From contig CM000152.2 of the NCBI GenBank assembly GCA_000004695.1, forward strand, positions 5,600,001 to 5,664,000: a DNA stretch of 64,000 nt, given 5' to 3'. The translations under genes and the position numbers were made by a program. The first letter of the stretch is position 1, and each line of letters begins with the position of its first letter. Under the pieces are notes generated by a model. The model was not told the origin of the DNA and made no database searches. It saw only the letters and a program-made list of their open reading frames with translations. Of this stretch, positions 1 through 12,004 are shown piece after piece. This DNA comes from Dictyostelium discoideum (lineage: Eukaryota).

Positions 1-16
1 TTTTTATAATACTTTG

Positions 17-50
<34 letters not shown>

Positions 51-627
51 ATTATGTCGTTAATGAACATCTGTGTTATCAAAAAAAAAACATTGTGGTG
101 GAATTTTTTTTTTTCAGTAGGAAGGAATATTAAAAATTTATTAATAGAATGATTGTTTGTGACTTTTAAAAAAAAAATAAAAAAAAAGGTCAAAAAATAA
201 ACCTAAAAATAATCTACAGATCCATTTTGATTATTTTTTTAAGTTTTTTATTTATAATGAAAAAAAGTTTTTTCTATTTTTTCAAACAATTTTTTGTTGG
301 CACTTTTGAGAATTTTGTGAGTCATATGTTGATCATTTTTTGTGTGGAAAAAAAAAATTATGTCGAAAAGTTGCGACGTTATTTTAATTTTATTTATTTT
401 TATTTTTTTTTTTTTTTTTCTTTTTTTTTTTTTTAGAATGCATAAAATAATTTGGTGGCCACCATAATGTCAGAGATTCTTCAGAGTCATAATTTGACCC
501 TTGATTGCAAGGAAAAATTAGAAAATGTAGTGTTGCTAAAAAAGAAAGAAACTTAACTTTTTTTTTTTATTTTTCTTTTGTTAATTTTTATAAAATAACC
601 CATTTTTTTTTTTTTTTATTTAAAGAA

Positions 628-660
<33 letters not shown>

Positions 661-739
661 CTTTTGTTAATTTTTATAAAATAAAATAATATTAAAATAA
701 AAAAAAAATAAATAAAAAAAAGATACAAACTAAATAATT

Positions 740-834
740 ATGCCCTTTTTAAAGAAAAAAAATAATAATTTCGAAAACGATTATCTCAAAATGCCAATAT
801 TTAGTTCATTTAAAAAATTTGATTTAAATAATAA

Positions 835-865
<31 letters not shown>

Positions 866-946
866 AATAATATTAATAATAATATTAATAATAATAATAA
901 TAATAATAATAACAATAATAATAATAATTGCAATATGAATAATTTA

Positions 947-978
<32 letters not shown>

Positions 979-1411
979 TAATAATAATAATAATAATATT
1001 GAAAATAATAAAATTAAAAATTGGAAAGTTTTTAGTGATCATTTAATTAATGAGGGATTTTCAATGAGTTCAGTTGTCGATATAGAAAGTGGTGAAGTTT
1101 CATCAGGATTTTCAATTATTGGATACCATGAATTACAAGAAATTTTAAAATTATTATCAGGAAAATTTACCATCAGCATAAATTTATTATCAAGACGTTA
1201 TTTTATTGTAATGCAAAGTGAATTCTTTGTGTCAGGTCATGATTCAAATACCTCATCATTCTTAATACGTAGAACAAATAATAAATTAATTATTGGCACA
1301 TTTGAATTTGGTAAATTAACAATGGATAAAGCTCATCAAATCATAAATGACATTTATACTCAAATTACAAATTCAGACAAAGGAGAAATAGTTTCAAATT
1401 TATTTATTTAA
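740..1411 (+). CDS. Hypothetical Asn-rich protein; the C-terminal ~115 aa is a non-repetitive globular-looking domain (possible roadblock/LC7-like alpha/beta fold, weak)
   Basis: 223-aa ORF in the track. The N-terminal half is poly-Asn encoded by (AAT)n. The C-terminal half (WKVFSDHLINEGF...IYTQITNSDKGEIVSNLFI) has complex composition typical of real coding sequence. No family is recognised with confidence. Confidence 0.5.
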
Positions 1412-1673
1412 TTATAAAATTTTTTTAAAACCATTTCAAAATGTGAAAAAAAAAAAAAAAAAAAAAAAAAAATAATATATTTATATTGTAAAGTAGTCAA
1501 ATAAAATAAAATAAAAAAATACAACTCGAATTGAGTTATATATATTTAACCAATCAAAAACGTGTTCGTTTAATTTTATTGTTTTTTTTTTTTGTTAATG
1601 ATAATCCAATTCTATTTTCCTTTTTTTTTTTTTTTTTAAACAATCACCACCAATTTAAGTTTTATTGACTTGA

Positions 1674-1972
1674 TTAGGAGAGCTTATTCCAATCAGAGAT
1701 TTCTAAATTATTATTGAACTGTTTTTTCTTATTATTGCCAACTTGAGAGCTAGTTCCTTTTTTGCTTTTGAATACGATTCCGTTGAAGTTACTATTATTG
1801 TTATTATTATTATTATTATTATTATTGTAGTTGTTTTGATTTGAGAAGTTGTGGTTCATATTACTATTATTATTGTTATTGTTATTATTAAAACCATTAT
1901 CATTAAAATTTTGGTGAGAATCATCCTCAAATCTTCTTTTTTTAAGGCTATTGTCATTAAAATTTTGAATGG

Positions 1973-2003
<31 letters not shown>

Positions 2004-2159
2004 GTGGGTGTTGCTAAAGTTATTCATATTATTGTTCCTGTATTGATTATTCATATTGTTGCTCTGACAGATATTGTTGTTCATATTCGGATTATTATTG
2101 TTATTCATATTATTGTTATTGTTCATATTCATGTTAGTGTTACAATTGTTAGAGTTCAT
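1674..2159 (-). CDS. Probable C-terminal continuation (Asn/Met-rich low-complexity tail) of the HEPN-motif gene across the assembly gap
   Basis: 161-aa minus-strand ORF with the same NNNNMNNNN low-complexity style as the 2431..2650 part of the upstream ORF. It ends with a non-repetitive tail (SLKKRRFEDDSHQNF...ISDWNKLS). The frame relationship across the gap cannot be established. Confidence 0.3.
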
Positions 2160-2308
2160 ATTGTTATTATTATTATTATTTTAAATGTTATTATTATTAT
2201 TATTATTATTAAGTTGGTTATTAAATAAGTGATCTATATGTTGAATTTGATTATTTTCGTTTCCTATAGTCATTGTATGATAGTTGTTATTGTTACAAAG
2301 ATTATTGT

Positions 2309-3090
2309 TCATTGGATTATTAAAATCATTNNNNNNNNNNNNNNNNNNNNNNNNNNNNNNNNNNNNNNNNNNNNNNNNNNNNNNNNNNNNNNNNNNNNNN
2401 NNNNNNNNNNNNNNNNNNNNNNNNNNNNNNTATTCATACTATTATTATTCATATTATTATTCATATTATTATTATTATTATTCATATTATTCATATTCAT
2501 ATTATTATTATTATTCATATTATTATTCATACTATTATTATTATTATTCATATTATTATTATTCATACTATTATTATTATTATTCATACTATTATTATTA
2601 TTATTCATGTTATTATTCATACTATTATTACTGTTATTATTATTATTATAATTTAAAGGTGAAGAATTTAAAGAAGAAGGTGAAGACTGATTAGTTTTAT
2701 TAATATTAGTACCAGAATTTACGGAAGAGACAAATTTAAAAATATCTTGAAGGGAAGAAGACTTTTCTAGAGAGAACAAGTTGTAGATCTTGTTAAAGCT
2801 ATAAAAATAATGTGTATGCTTAAGTGTTTGCATCAAGGAGGCCATATTGGGATCACCAATAGTAAAAAACAAACGCTCCATTGAATCTAATAATCTATTT
2901 GCGTCATCGATTGAAAATGGACGTTGATGAGCCCAGGAATTTCTAAAATTATATATTTCATGTAAAAGATTTCTCAATTGAATAAAATCATCTGAAAAGA
3001 AAGAATTCAACATATATTTGTGGAAAAATTGAATAATACAAGATAAATCCCAACTTTCAAAATTTAAAATATTATTACTGTTATTGTTAC

Positions 3091-3181
<91 letters not shown>

Positions 3182-3475
3182 GTTATTATTATTATTGCCA
3201 TTTGATTTTGTCCTATTCTGTATTATAGTTTGTTGATTTATAATTTGTTTTTTTAAATCTTTTATCATATCACTGGTTATTGAAAAATCTTCTTTCGAAG
3301 AGGAAACGAAACCCATATCTAGGTCATTTTCATTTATAACAAATTTAGAATCTGAGCCGATACAATCTGATAGTTTAGAAATTAAAAAATCTCTACATAA
3401 ACTTAAAGATTTGCCTACAATAAGTTGGTTTGAACCAATTCCAAACTCGTCTAAATTATTTAATGTCAACTCCAT
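2309..3475 (-). CDS. HEPN-motif protein. N-terminal domain, poly-Asn linker, then a helical domain carrying an R-x4-H motif (FRNSWAHQRP). The 3' part is interrupted by a 100-N assembly gap.
   Basis: 388-aa ORF starting MELTLNNLDEFGIG. It contains LRNLLHEIYNFRNSWAHQRPFSIDDANRLLDSMERLF, which fits the HEPN Rx4-6H signature with a polar residue after R and surrounding helices. The ORF runs into the N-run at 2331..2430, so the true C-terminus is unresolved. Confidence 0.55.
2331..2430. other. Assembly gap (100 N)
   Basis: Literal run of n. It lies inside an (ATT/AAT)n coding repeat on the minus-strand gene, so the gap length is probably a placeholder. Confidence 0.95.
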
Positions 3476-3521
3476 TTCTATATTTTCGATTTTATTTATT
3501 TGTTTATTTGTTTATTATTAT

Positions 3522-3555
<34 letters not shown>

Positions 3556-3573
3556 TGTACAATAACTTTAGAG

Positions 3574-3604
<31 letters not shown>

Positions 3605-4393
3605 AATAATAAAATTTAATAAAATTTAATGAAACTTAATGATATTAATTATTTTTCTTAAAAATATAACCTTAACTCTCTTTTTTTTTTTTTGTTTTTT
3701 TTGTTTTTTATTTTCCTTCTAAACTCTCCTCTTAAAAAAATAAAAAAAATCTTAAATGAAGCTTATTAAATAACTTATTAAATAATATAGGTATATACTT
3801 ATTTTATTATATTAAGTGTATATACATGTATTATTATTATTGTTGTTATTAATAATAATATTATCACAATAATTGTTATTAAATAAAAAGAGTGTGGTTT
3901 TTTTTTTTTTTTTTTAATATGTAAAGAATTCCCTATTAAATTTCTTTTTTTTAATTTTATTGAAATATGAAAAAAAAAATCAATATTGGGTAGAAATAAA
4001 TAAATTGTTTCCTAAATGAATCTCTTACAATATATATTTTTTTTTCTTTACTTTTATTTATAAAATAAACTATTTTTTTTTTTTATATTTAAATATATTA
4101 GTGTACACCAATTATTGAATGAAAACAAACGGTTTGTCTATATGTTAACAAAATTGAAAAAAAAAAAAAAGAAAAAAAAAATTATATTTTTTTTAAAAAA
4201 AAAAAAAAAATTAAAAATAATTAAAAAATAACTTGCGGGTGAAAAAAATAATTAAAATAAAATAAAAAATAAAATTTAAAAAAAAAAAGTGCAACAAAAC
4301 CCAAAACAGATTTTTTTTTTTTTTTTTTTTTTTTTGCGTTTGGAAAGAATATATAAATATTTTTTTATTTTTTCCTATTAAGTTTTTATTTAA

Positions 4394-4612
4394 TTAGTAT
4401 GGAGTAAATCTTTTTTTTTGAAAATTTCCATTATTTAAGGAGTTCGGATAATTAAAATATAATTGTTGGGGTTGAAGTTGTTGTTGTTGCTGTAAAAGTT
4501 GTAAATATGTATTATCCATTGGTAAATTTCCATTAAAGTTATTAAAATTATTATTGGTATTATTATTTAAATAATTTAAAAATTGTTGTTGTAATAATTG
4601 TTTTTGTTGTTG

Positions 4613-4654
<42 letters not shown>

Positions 4655-6049
4655 TAGTTGGTTATAATGTACACTTGAGTTTTTATAATGTTGGGGAATA
4701 TGAGGATTAAAAGATGTACTTCCAAATAGATTCCCATTATTTATATTATTTAAATTATTAAAACTATTATTTAAATTATTCAAATTATTTTTTTGATTAT
4801 TGGAAATTCTTTGTAATTTTCTTTGAATCTTATCGGATCTTAATTTTTTATCTATTGGTTTTGCAAAACTTAATGACAAAACCTTACCATTTATATTTAT
4901 TGGTTTTTCTTCATGTATTCTTAAAATTTCTTCGGCCAATTCTCTAGTTTTTAAATGAACAAAAGCATAATCTCTTTTTGAATTATTTAAACTATTATTA
5001 TTATTATTAATATTATTATTATTTAAATTATTATTTAAATTATTAATAATTTCTAATGTTGGAGCACCTTGAGGTATTATTATTTTTTCGATTATATCAT
5101 CTTTGTTATTGTTATTATTATTTAAAAGTGATAAAGAATTTTCTTGAATTATATCATTAATTATTTTTGTAATTGATAGGTCGTTTCTATGATTTAATGG
5201 TAAATTTCTAATATAAATTGCTTTAATTTCTTTATTTTCCAATGGATCATTTTGAGGATCTAAAGTTGTAGGATCAGGATCTGACCAATTCACAGTGAGA
5301 GTAGTAATATAATCACCCAATTTTACAGTTGAAGCTGTTAAAATTCTACGAGCAGTATCGGCTAAATAATGATCTTGATATTCGATGAAAGCAAAACCTC
5401 TATTTTTATTTGGTTGGTCTGGTGACATTAAGAAATCGATTGATTCAATACCTTCAGTTTTTTCATTAAATATTGAAATGAATTGTTCCTTTGATAGATC
5501 TTTTGGTAAATTACCAATGAATAGTTTACGTTTGTTCTCGGATTGTTTAACTTCAATGATTTTACCTTTAATCGATTTACCATTTAATTTATCAATAACA
5601 TTTCTACACATTGATCTATCATTAAAAAGAACGAAACCAAATCCTTTACTCTCACCAGTTAATTTATCTTTCATTAATCTAATTTCCAATACATTATTAT
5701 CACTATTTTCATTGAAAATTTCTAATAACTCTTCTTCATTAACAGTTTTATTTACACCACCAAAAAATATTTCATTATTTGCATTTCTTTGACTTTTACT
5801 AATACTATTATTATTATTATTGATTGAAATGTTATTATCACCATCTTTAATTAAAGTACTTGTTGATGGTAATTTTTTATTTTTAGATTCTGGTGATCCA
5901 TTTGTTGAAATGGAAGTTGAAGTTGATTTTATATCATCATTTAATAAATTCTCTTCAATTAAATTATTATTACTAATTAATGACGAAGTTGGTGAACGAT
6001 CTGATGATGATAAAACACTTTCTTCATCACTCTGTGTATAAAAACCCAT
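4394..6049 (-). CDS. hnRNP R/Q (SYNCRIP/A1CF)-family RNA-binding protein with three RRM domains
   Basis: 551-aa ORF. RRM1 has RNP1 KGFGFVLF, RRM2 has RGFAFIEY and RRM3 has RDYAFVHL, with the spacing typical of the hnRNP-R/Q family. N- and C-terminal regions are low-complexity Asn/Gln. Confidence 0.8.
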
Positions 6050-6729
6050 ATATTTTAAAATTTTTATAATTATTGATACAAATAAAAATACAATTTAAAA
6101 TTAATAACATATAAATAAATTTAAAAAATATATAATAATATATATTTATTTTTAAAAAATTAGTTATTAAATAATAAAAAAAAAAAAAAAAAAAATTTCC
6201 AACACTTTTTTTATTTTTTTATTTTTTTAAGATAATTAAATTTTAAATTTTTTAAGAAATATTATTTTTTTTTTTTTATATTTAAGTGAAAATTATTATA
6301 GAAACATACAATTGAGTCGGTTGAAGATGTAGAGGATGGCATTTTTTTGGAATAGTTTTAAAATTCCAATAAATGAATTAACTTGAATATTTGGGATGAT
6401 TTGTAAATTTAAAAATAATAAAAACAATAATAATAATCTAGTATGGTGAATTATAATAATAATAAAAAAATATATATTTATATTTATATAAATAAAAAGA
6501 TAATTATTGTAAAAAAAAAAAAAAAGATTTTATTAAAAAAAAAAAATATTCCTTAAATTAATTTTTTTTTTTTTTTTTAAATTGACACACATTACGTGGA
6601 TTTTTTAAAACATCTTAAAATGGTGTTATTATATTATAATTCACTTCATTGTTTTTTTACCACTTAAAAGTTATCGTGTATTTTGTTTTTACCATTTTAG
6701 TTAAATTGAAAAACATAATTATACACAAA

Positions 6730-6768
<39 letters not shown>

Positions 6769-7243
6769 ACTAATTCGTGAAAATACCACACAATAGTTTT
6801 TTTTTTTTTAACAAAAAAACGAATTTATTTCCTTTTTTGAAATTTCTTTTACCCCCAAAAAAATAAAAAAATAAAATAAAATAAAATAAAATAAAATAAA
6901 ATAAAATCCCCCAATGATATAATTGATTTTCGCAATTCAAGTTTACGCATATGTGGGAATTCAAATTTTGAAATTAGTCAAAAAAAAAAAAAAAAAAAAC
7001 TAACTTTGTAAAAGATGGTCATGATGGTATATAAAAAAAAATAAAAAAAAAAAAAAAAAAAAAAATTAATAATTAATAATTAAAATTTGACACTTAAATA
7101 TACATAAAATGATTTTGAGTTCTCTATTTTATTTACTAAATTCATATTAAAAAAAAATAAAATTAAATGATTATTAAAAAAAAATAAAAAAAAATATTAT
7201 TTTTTTTTTTTTTTGTTTTATTTATTTTTTTTTGGTGGGGAAT

Positions 7244-9652
7244 TTAATGTTTAATATCAAGTTCATTTTCACTTTTTATTTGTATACCCAATTCATTTGC
7301 TTTATTTAATTTTGCAATTGCAGGTTTTTCACCAATTAATAGAATTTGAGTAAAAGAATTTATTGATGATTGAACTTTTGCATTAAATTTTCTTTGAATA
7401 AAATCTTTTACAAAATCTCTATCACCCAATTTAAATTTACCAGTAATTACAATATATTTATTTGATAAAAAACTATTATTATTTTCATTATTATTATTAT
7501 TATTATTATTACCAATTTCTTCATTATTATCATTATTGTTATTATGAGTTAATTTTAAATTATTTGATTTAAATTTAAAAATTAAATAATCTAAATATTG
7601 TTTTTCAAATTGATCTAATGGGTTAAAGAAATTAAAGATTGATTCAGAAGTTTGTCTACCAAGACCAGATTGTAATTCAATTGATTCGATTGATGGTGAA
7701 TTAATTAGATTATCCAGAGATTGAAATTTCTCAGAGAGGATCTTTGAATTTGAGCTTCCAATACCAGGTATACCTATAGCACAGAGTAGTGAAGCTAAAC
7801 CACGTGATTTACTATCCTCAATTGATTCTAATAAATTATTAACTTTTGTATGACTAAAACCTTTCAATGATAATAGTTTTTCCTTAAATTGATAAAGTTC
7901 ATACAAGTCACCGAAATCTTCAATTAATTGATTCTCTAATAATACTTGAATTTGACTTTTACCAACACCTTGAATATTCATTGCTTTCTTATCAACAAAC
8001 CATGAAATTTGTTGAACTAATTGATTTGGACAATTTTCAGCAACACAAAAATAATCAACATATCCAACTCTATTAACTAATTCACTTTTTAAATTACATG
8101 GACATAATATATTACCATTTTCATTACATTTAAATAATGATTCAATATTATTGGTATTATTGGTATTGGTATTGGTATTGGTATTATTGATATTATCATC
8201 AAGGTTAGTAATTATTTTTGGAATTACATCACCAGCACGTTCAATTAAAACTTTTGAACCAATTTTAATATTTAATTTATTGATGTATGAGAGATTATTT
8301 AAAGTTGCACGAGAAATGGTAACACCATGAACTTGAATTGGTTCAACCAATGCAACTGGTGTAATTCTACCACTTTTACCAACTTGTAAAACTATATCTT
8401 TTATTGTTGAAATTTCACTCTTTGCTCCAAATTTATATGCAAAAGCCCATCTTGGTGATCTATTAATGTCTCCTAATATTCTTTGAATATTTATATCATT
8501 CACTTTTATAACTATACCATCAATATCCCAATTATGATTCTCTCTTTTTTTAAGTTCCCATTCTTTTATAAATTCTTCAATATTTTTTATATCATTATTA
8601 TTACCACCACCACCAGTAGATAAAGTTACAACTGTATTTGAACCATTATCAATTTGAAATCCCATTTTTTCAAAAAGTTTTAAATTCTTTGATTGTGTAT
8701 TACAACGTTCATCATCAATTATCATTTCATTGTCATTTTCCTTTTCATTATCATTTTCATTTTCATTTTCACCATTATTAATATTATTATTGTTATTATT
8801 AGTTGGTATAAAAAAGTATGGAAAGAAATCAAATTTCATTTGTTCATTTAATAATAATATTGGTTCAATATTTAATGAATCATTAGCATCTTCTTCAATT
8901 GATTTCCTTAGAATACCAGATACAATATTTCTTGTATTTTTATATTGATGTTGATCATTATTATCAAGTTTTAATTTATTTATAATTTTTAAATATGATT
9001 TATTTAAAACAACCTCACCTCTAATTTCAAAATCTTTATATTTCTAATTAAAAAAAAAAAAAGGAATTAATATTAAATAATAATAATAATAATAATTACT
9101 AATATTAGAAATAAAATAAATACGGTTAAATTTGAAGGTAAAGTTAATAAATTTTTAAGTGATGGAATAAATTGTAATGCATTTGTTGTGATATCTTCAC
9201 CAATTTCACCATTACCTCTTGTTAAAACTCTTTTTAATTTATTATTTTCATAAACTAAACTTATACCAATACCATCATATTTCAATTCTAAAGAGTATTC
9301 AATTTGTTGTTGTGGTTGTTGTTGTTGTGATGTTTGTTTTTTTAATAGAAATTTCTCAATTTTATTTTTGAATGCAATTATATCATCTTTTGAATAAGTA
9401 TTTTGTAATGATAACATTCTTGATTTATGTCTGAATTTTAATCCTCTATTATTACTATAATCACTAATTGGTGCTCCAACTTGATTAGTAATAGTTTGTT
9501 GATTAAATTTCTTTTCTAAAATTTCTAATCTTTTAAATAATTTATCATATTCGAAATCTGATATTTCACTTTTAGATTTATTATAATATAAATCATTATA
9601 TCTATTAATTTTATTTCTTAATTCTTCAATTTCAATTATTTCATTATTATTA

Positions 9653-9690
<38 letters not shown>

Positions 9691-9734
9691 GTTTATAGTT
9701 GATGTAGTAGTAGTAAATTTACTACTTTTTAATA

Positions 9735-9771
<37 letters not shown>

Positions 9772-9831
9772 ATTACTATTTTTAAAATTTAAAAATAAAG
9801 TCTTTAAATATTTTGATTGTTGCCTAAACAT
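7244..9831 (-). CDS. ligA: Bacterial-type NAD+-dependent DNA ligase (LigA family), two exons
   Basis: Exon 1 is 9831..9124 and exon 2 is 9043..7244. The 80-nt AT-rich intron (9123..9044) is GT..AG on the minus strand, phase 0, and frame-consistent with both track ORFs. Exon 1 carries the Ia/adenylation domain: ISDFEYDKLFKRL, RMLSLQNTY, the KxDG motif LELKYDGIGISL and TRGNGEIGEDIT. Exon 2 carries DFEIRGEVV, NTRNIVSGILR, the OB fold RSPRWAFAYKF...ERAGDVIPKI, the Cys4 zinc finger CPCNLKS...CVAENCPNQL, the HhH LGIPGIGSSNSKIL and a C-terminal BRCT (KYIVITGKFKLGDRDFVKDFIQ...GEKPAIAKLNKANELGIQI). The N-terminus (MFRQQSKYLKTLFLNFKNS) is basic and hydroxyl-rich. Confidence 0.85.
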
Positions 9832-9951
9832 GATGAAACAACTTTTTTATTTTTTTATTTTTTTTTATTTTTTTTATTTTTTGGAAATAAACGAACTTTG
9901 GTTATTTTCCAATCTTATTCAATTTTTTTTTTTTTTTTGAAATTTTGATTT

Positions 9952-10011
<60 letters not shown>

Positions 10012-10070
10012 AAATTTGTTAAAAACTTAATAAAAGGAACCACAGACTTTAAATAAATAAAAATACAAAT

Positions 10071-10232
10071 ATGACAAGTATGTTTTTAAAAAAATTTATT
10101 AGTATTCAATAAAAAGAAAATGATGATTAAATAAAATAAAATAAAACAAAATAAAATAAAACAAAATAAAATAAAATATAAATTTAAAAAAAAAAAATCA
10201 TTTTGTGAAAATAATAAAATATTAAATTAAAT

Positions 10233-10273
<41 letters not shown>

Positions 10274-10561
10274 CTAACAATTTGAATATATTTATCTATT
10301 TAATTATTAATATTTTTCTATATAGGAGGTAATCAAAGAGAAATTGATAGAAAAAGAGCAGAAGCTAGATCAAAGAAAGGACCACAAAAGGGACAAGGTG
10401 ATTCTTTACAAAGAAAAGAAAAAGATTTACAAGAAATTCAAAAGAAACAACAAATATTTGAAGAGAAGAAAGCAAAGGAAGCAGAAGATGCAAGACTTGC
10501 AAAAATTGCAGAAATTGAAGCAAAGAAAGCTGCTCAACAATTAAAAGGTGCTCAAATTTAA
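10071..10561 (+). CDS. SERF/4F5-family small EDRK-rich protein; 7-nt first exon (ATGACAA) plus a 248-nt intron
   Basis: Exon 1 is 10071..10077 with donor GTATGT at 10078. The acceptor TATAG ends at 10325. Exon 2 (10326..10561) gives MTRGNQREIDRKRAEARSKKGPQKGQGDSLQRKEKDLQEIQKK...LKGAQI*. The MTRGNQRE start is diagnostic of the 4F5/SERF family. Confidence 0.6.
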
Positions 10562-10804
10562 ATCACCACCCTCTCAAAATATAATAATAATAATAATATG
10601 CATATTCCCCAATCATATCATATATACACTCTCCTGTTTTTTCTTTTTAATTTTTAAAAAAAAAAGGATGTAAATAAATAAAAAAAAAAAATAAAAAACA
10701 AATAATTTGTAATACTTAATCATTTAATAAATTTTATTTTATTACTTTTTTTTTTAATATAAAAAATATTAATTATTTATTTTATTATTTTATTTATTTA
10801 TTAT

Positions 10805-11967
10805 TTAATTTGTTGATGATAATGAAGCGGCATGTTTATCTTCCCAATATTGAATTCTTTTTGAACTAATTCTATGTTTTATTACATATTTAATAAAGAT
10901 ATCTTCATCAATTTCAAATGTTTCAAATGATCTTAAAATATTATAACATTTTTCAAAACTATCTTTATTTGCTAAAATTGATTCTTTAAAAAAAAAAAAA
11001 AAAAAAAAAAGGTCAGGATTTTGTTGTGTGTGTTTAGAATATGATATTATTTTTAATTTTTAACTTACTTTCATTTAATCTAAATAAAGCCATTGCAATT
11101 GAATAAACTATTGTATAACCTTCAGAGAAGATTAAATCCCAAACACGCAAGGAGATATGAAATGGGAAAGAATCTAAGAAACCAATTAGGAACCATTTTG
11201 TTGAATAAAGGGTGGTTGTTAAGTTAATATTATCTAAAGCATTTTTAGCAGCGGGGAAATAATGATTTAAAAGATTTTCAAAAACGAATGACATTCTTAT
11301 TAGACCTGGTAAACCTGATAAAAACATTGATCTCATTGAATATTCTGGTCTAGACATTAAAGATTGTAAAGTCCAAAAAGCATCTTCCTCTGATAGATAC
11401 ATCACTAATAAAGAAGCGATCGAACTCATACCTTGAGTATAGCCAACACCTTGGTCGTATAGTGAATAAACTTTCAAGACATTGAATAATGATACTTGAC
11501 CCATACCATAACGTTCTCTAAAAAATATATGATTTCTATAAGCTCTATTAACATCCAAATCTATATAAATCTCATTTGCAGAATGTTGATTCACCAATTG
11601 ATTGAATAAACCTGGATTCCTGGATTTCTCTTCTTGAGCATGTGATAACAATGGCCAAACCTCTGATCTCATTCTATCGGGTATACCTTTAATAGATCTA
11701 GATTTAAATTTACCTGTAAACTTGTGATTCAAATTATATCTCTTTATCATTGCATTCCATTTAATTGATCTTTCCAATTCTTTTTCAATCTCTTTTTTAT
11801 TCTTTAAAACACTTATATTTGATGTTAATCCACTATTAATAGTTGATCTTCTTGTATATTTTCTAGGTACTGGTGCAATTGGTGGTGATGGTGGTTCATT
11901 ATTAATTTCTTCATTTGTATTATTATTTGTATTATTATTTGTATTATTATTACTTGTATTATTATTT

Positions 11968-12004
<37 letters not shown>

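Noticed and set aside
781-978. Minus-strand 65-aa poly-Leu ORF
   Set aside because: Antisense reading of the (AAT)n poly-Asn coding tract of the 740..1411 gene. It is pure low complexity.
1851-2694. Plus-strand Ile/Leu/Tyr-rich ORFs (1851..2228, 2229..2651, 2284..2694)
   Set aside because: Alternative-frame or antisense readings of (ATT)n repeats that encode poly-Asn on the minus-strand gene. They span the N gap.
5385-6041. Plus-strand ORFs 5385..5792 and 5820..6041
   Set aside because: Antisense to the well-supported 3xRRM gene. No domain features.
8730-8948. 72-aa plus-strand ORF (MSFSFSLSFSFS...)
   Set aside because: Antisense of the NENENEND low-complexity insert inside the LigA exon.
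9940-10060. T(60+) homopolymer and similar A/T runs across the window (e.g. 16500..16560, 20580..20640, 22020..22070)
   Set aside because: Typical dictyostelid intergenic homopolymers. Not treated as distinct features.
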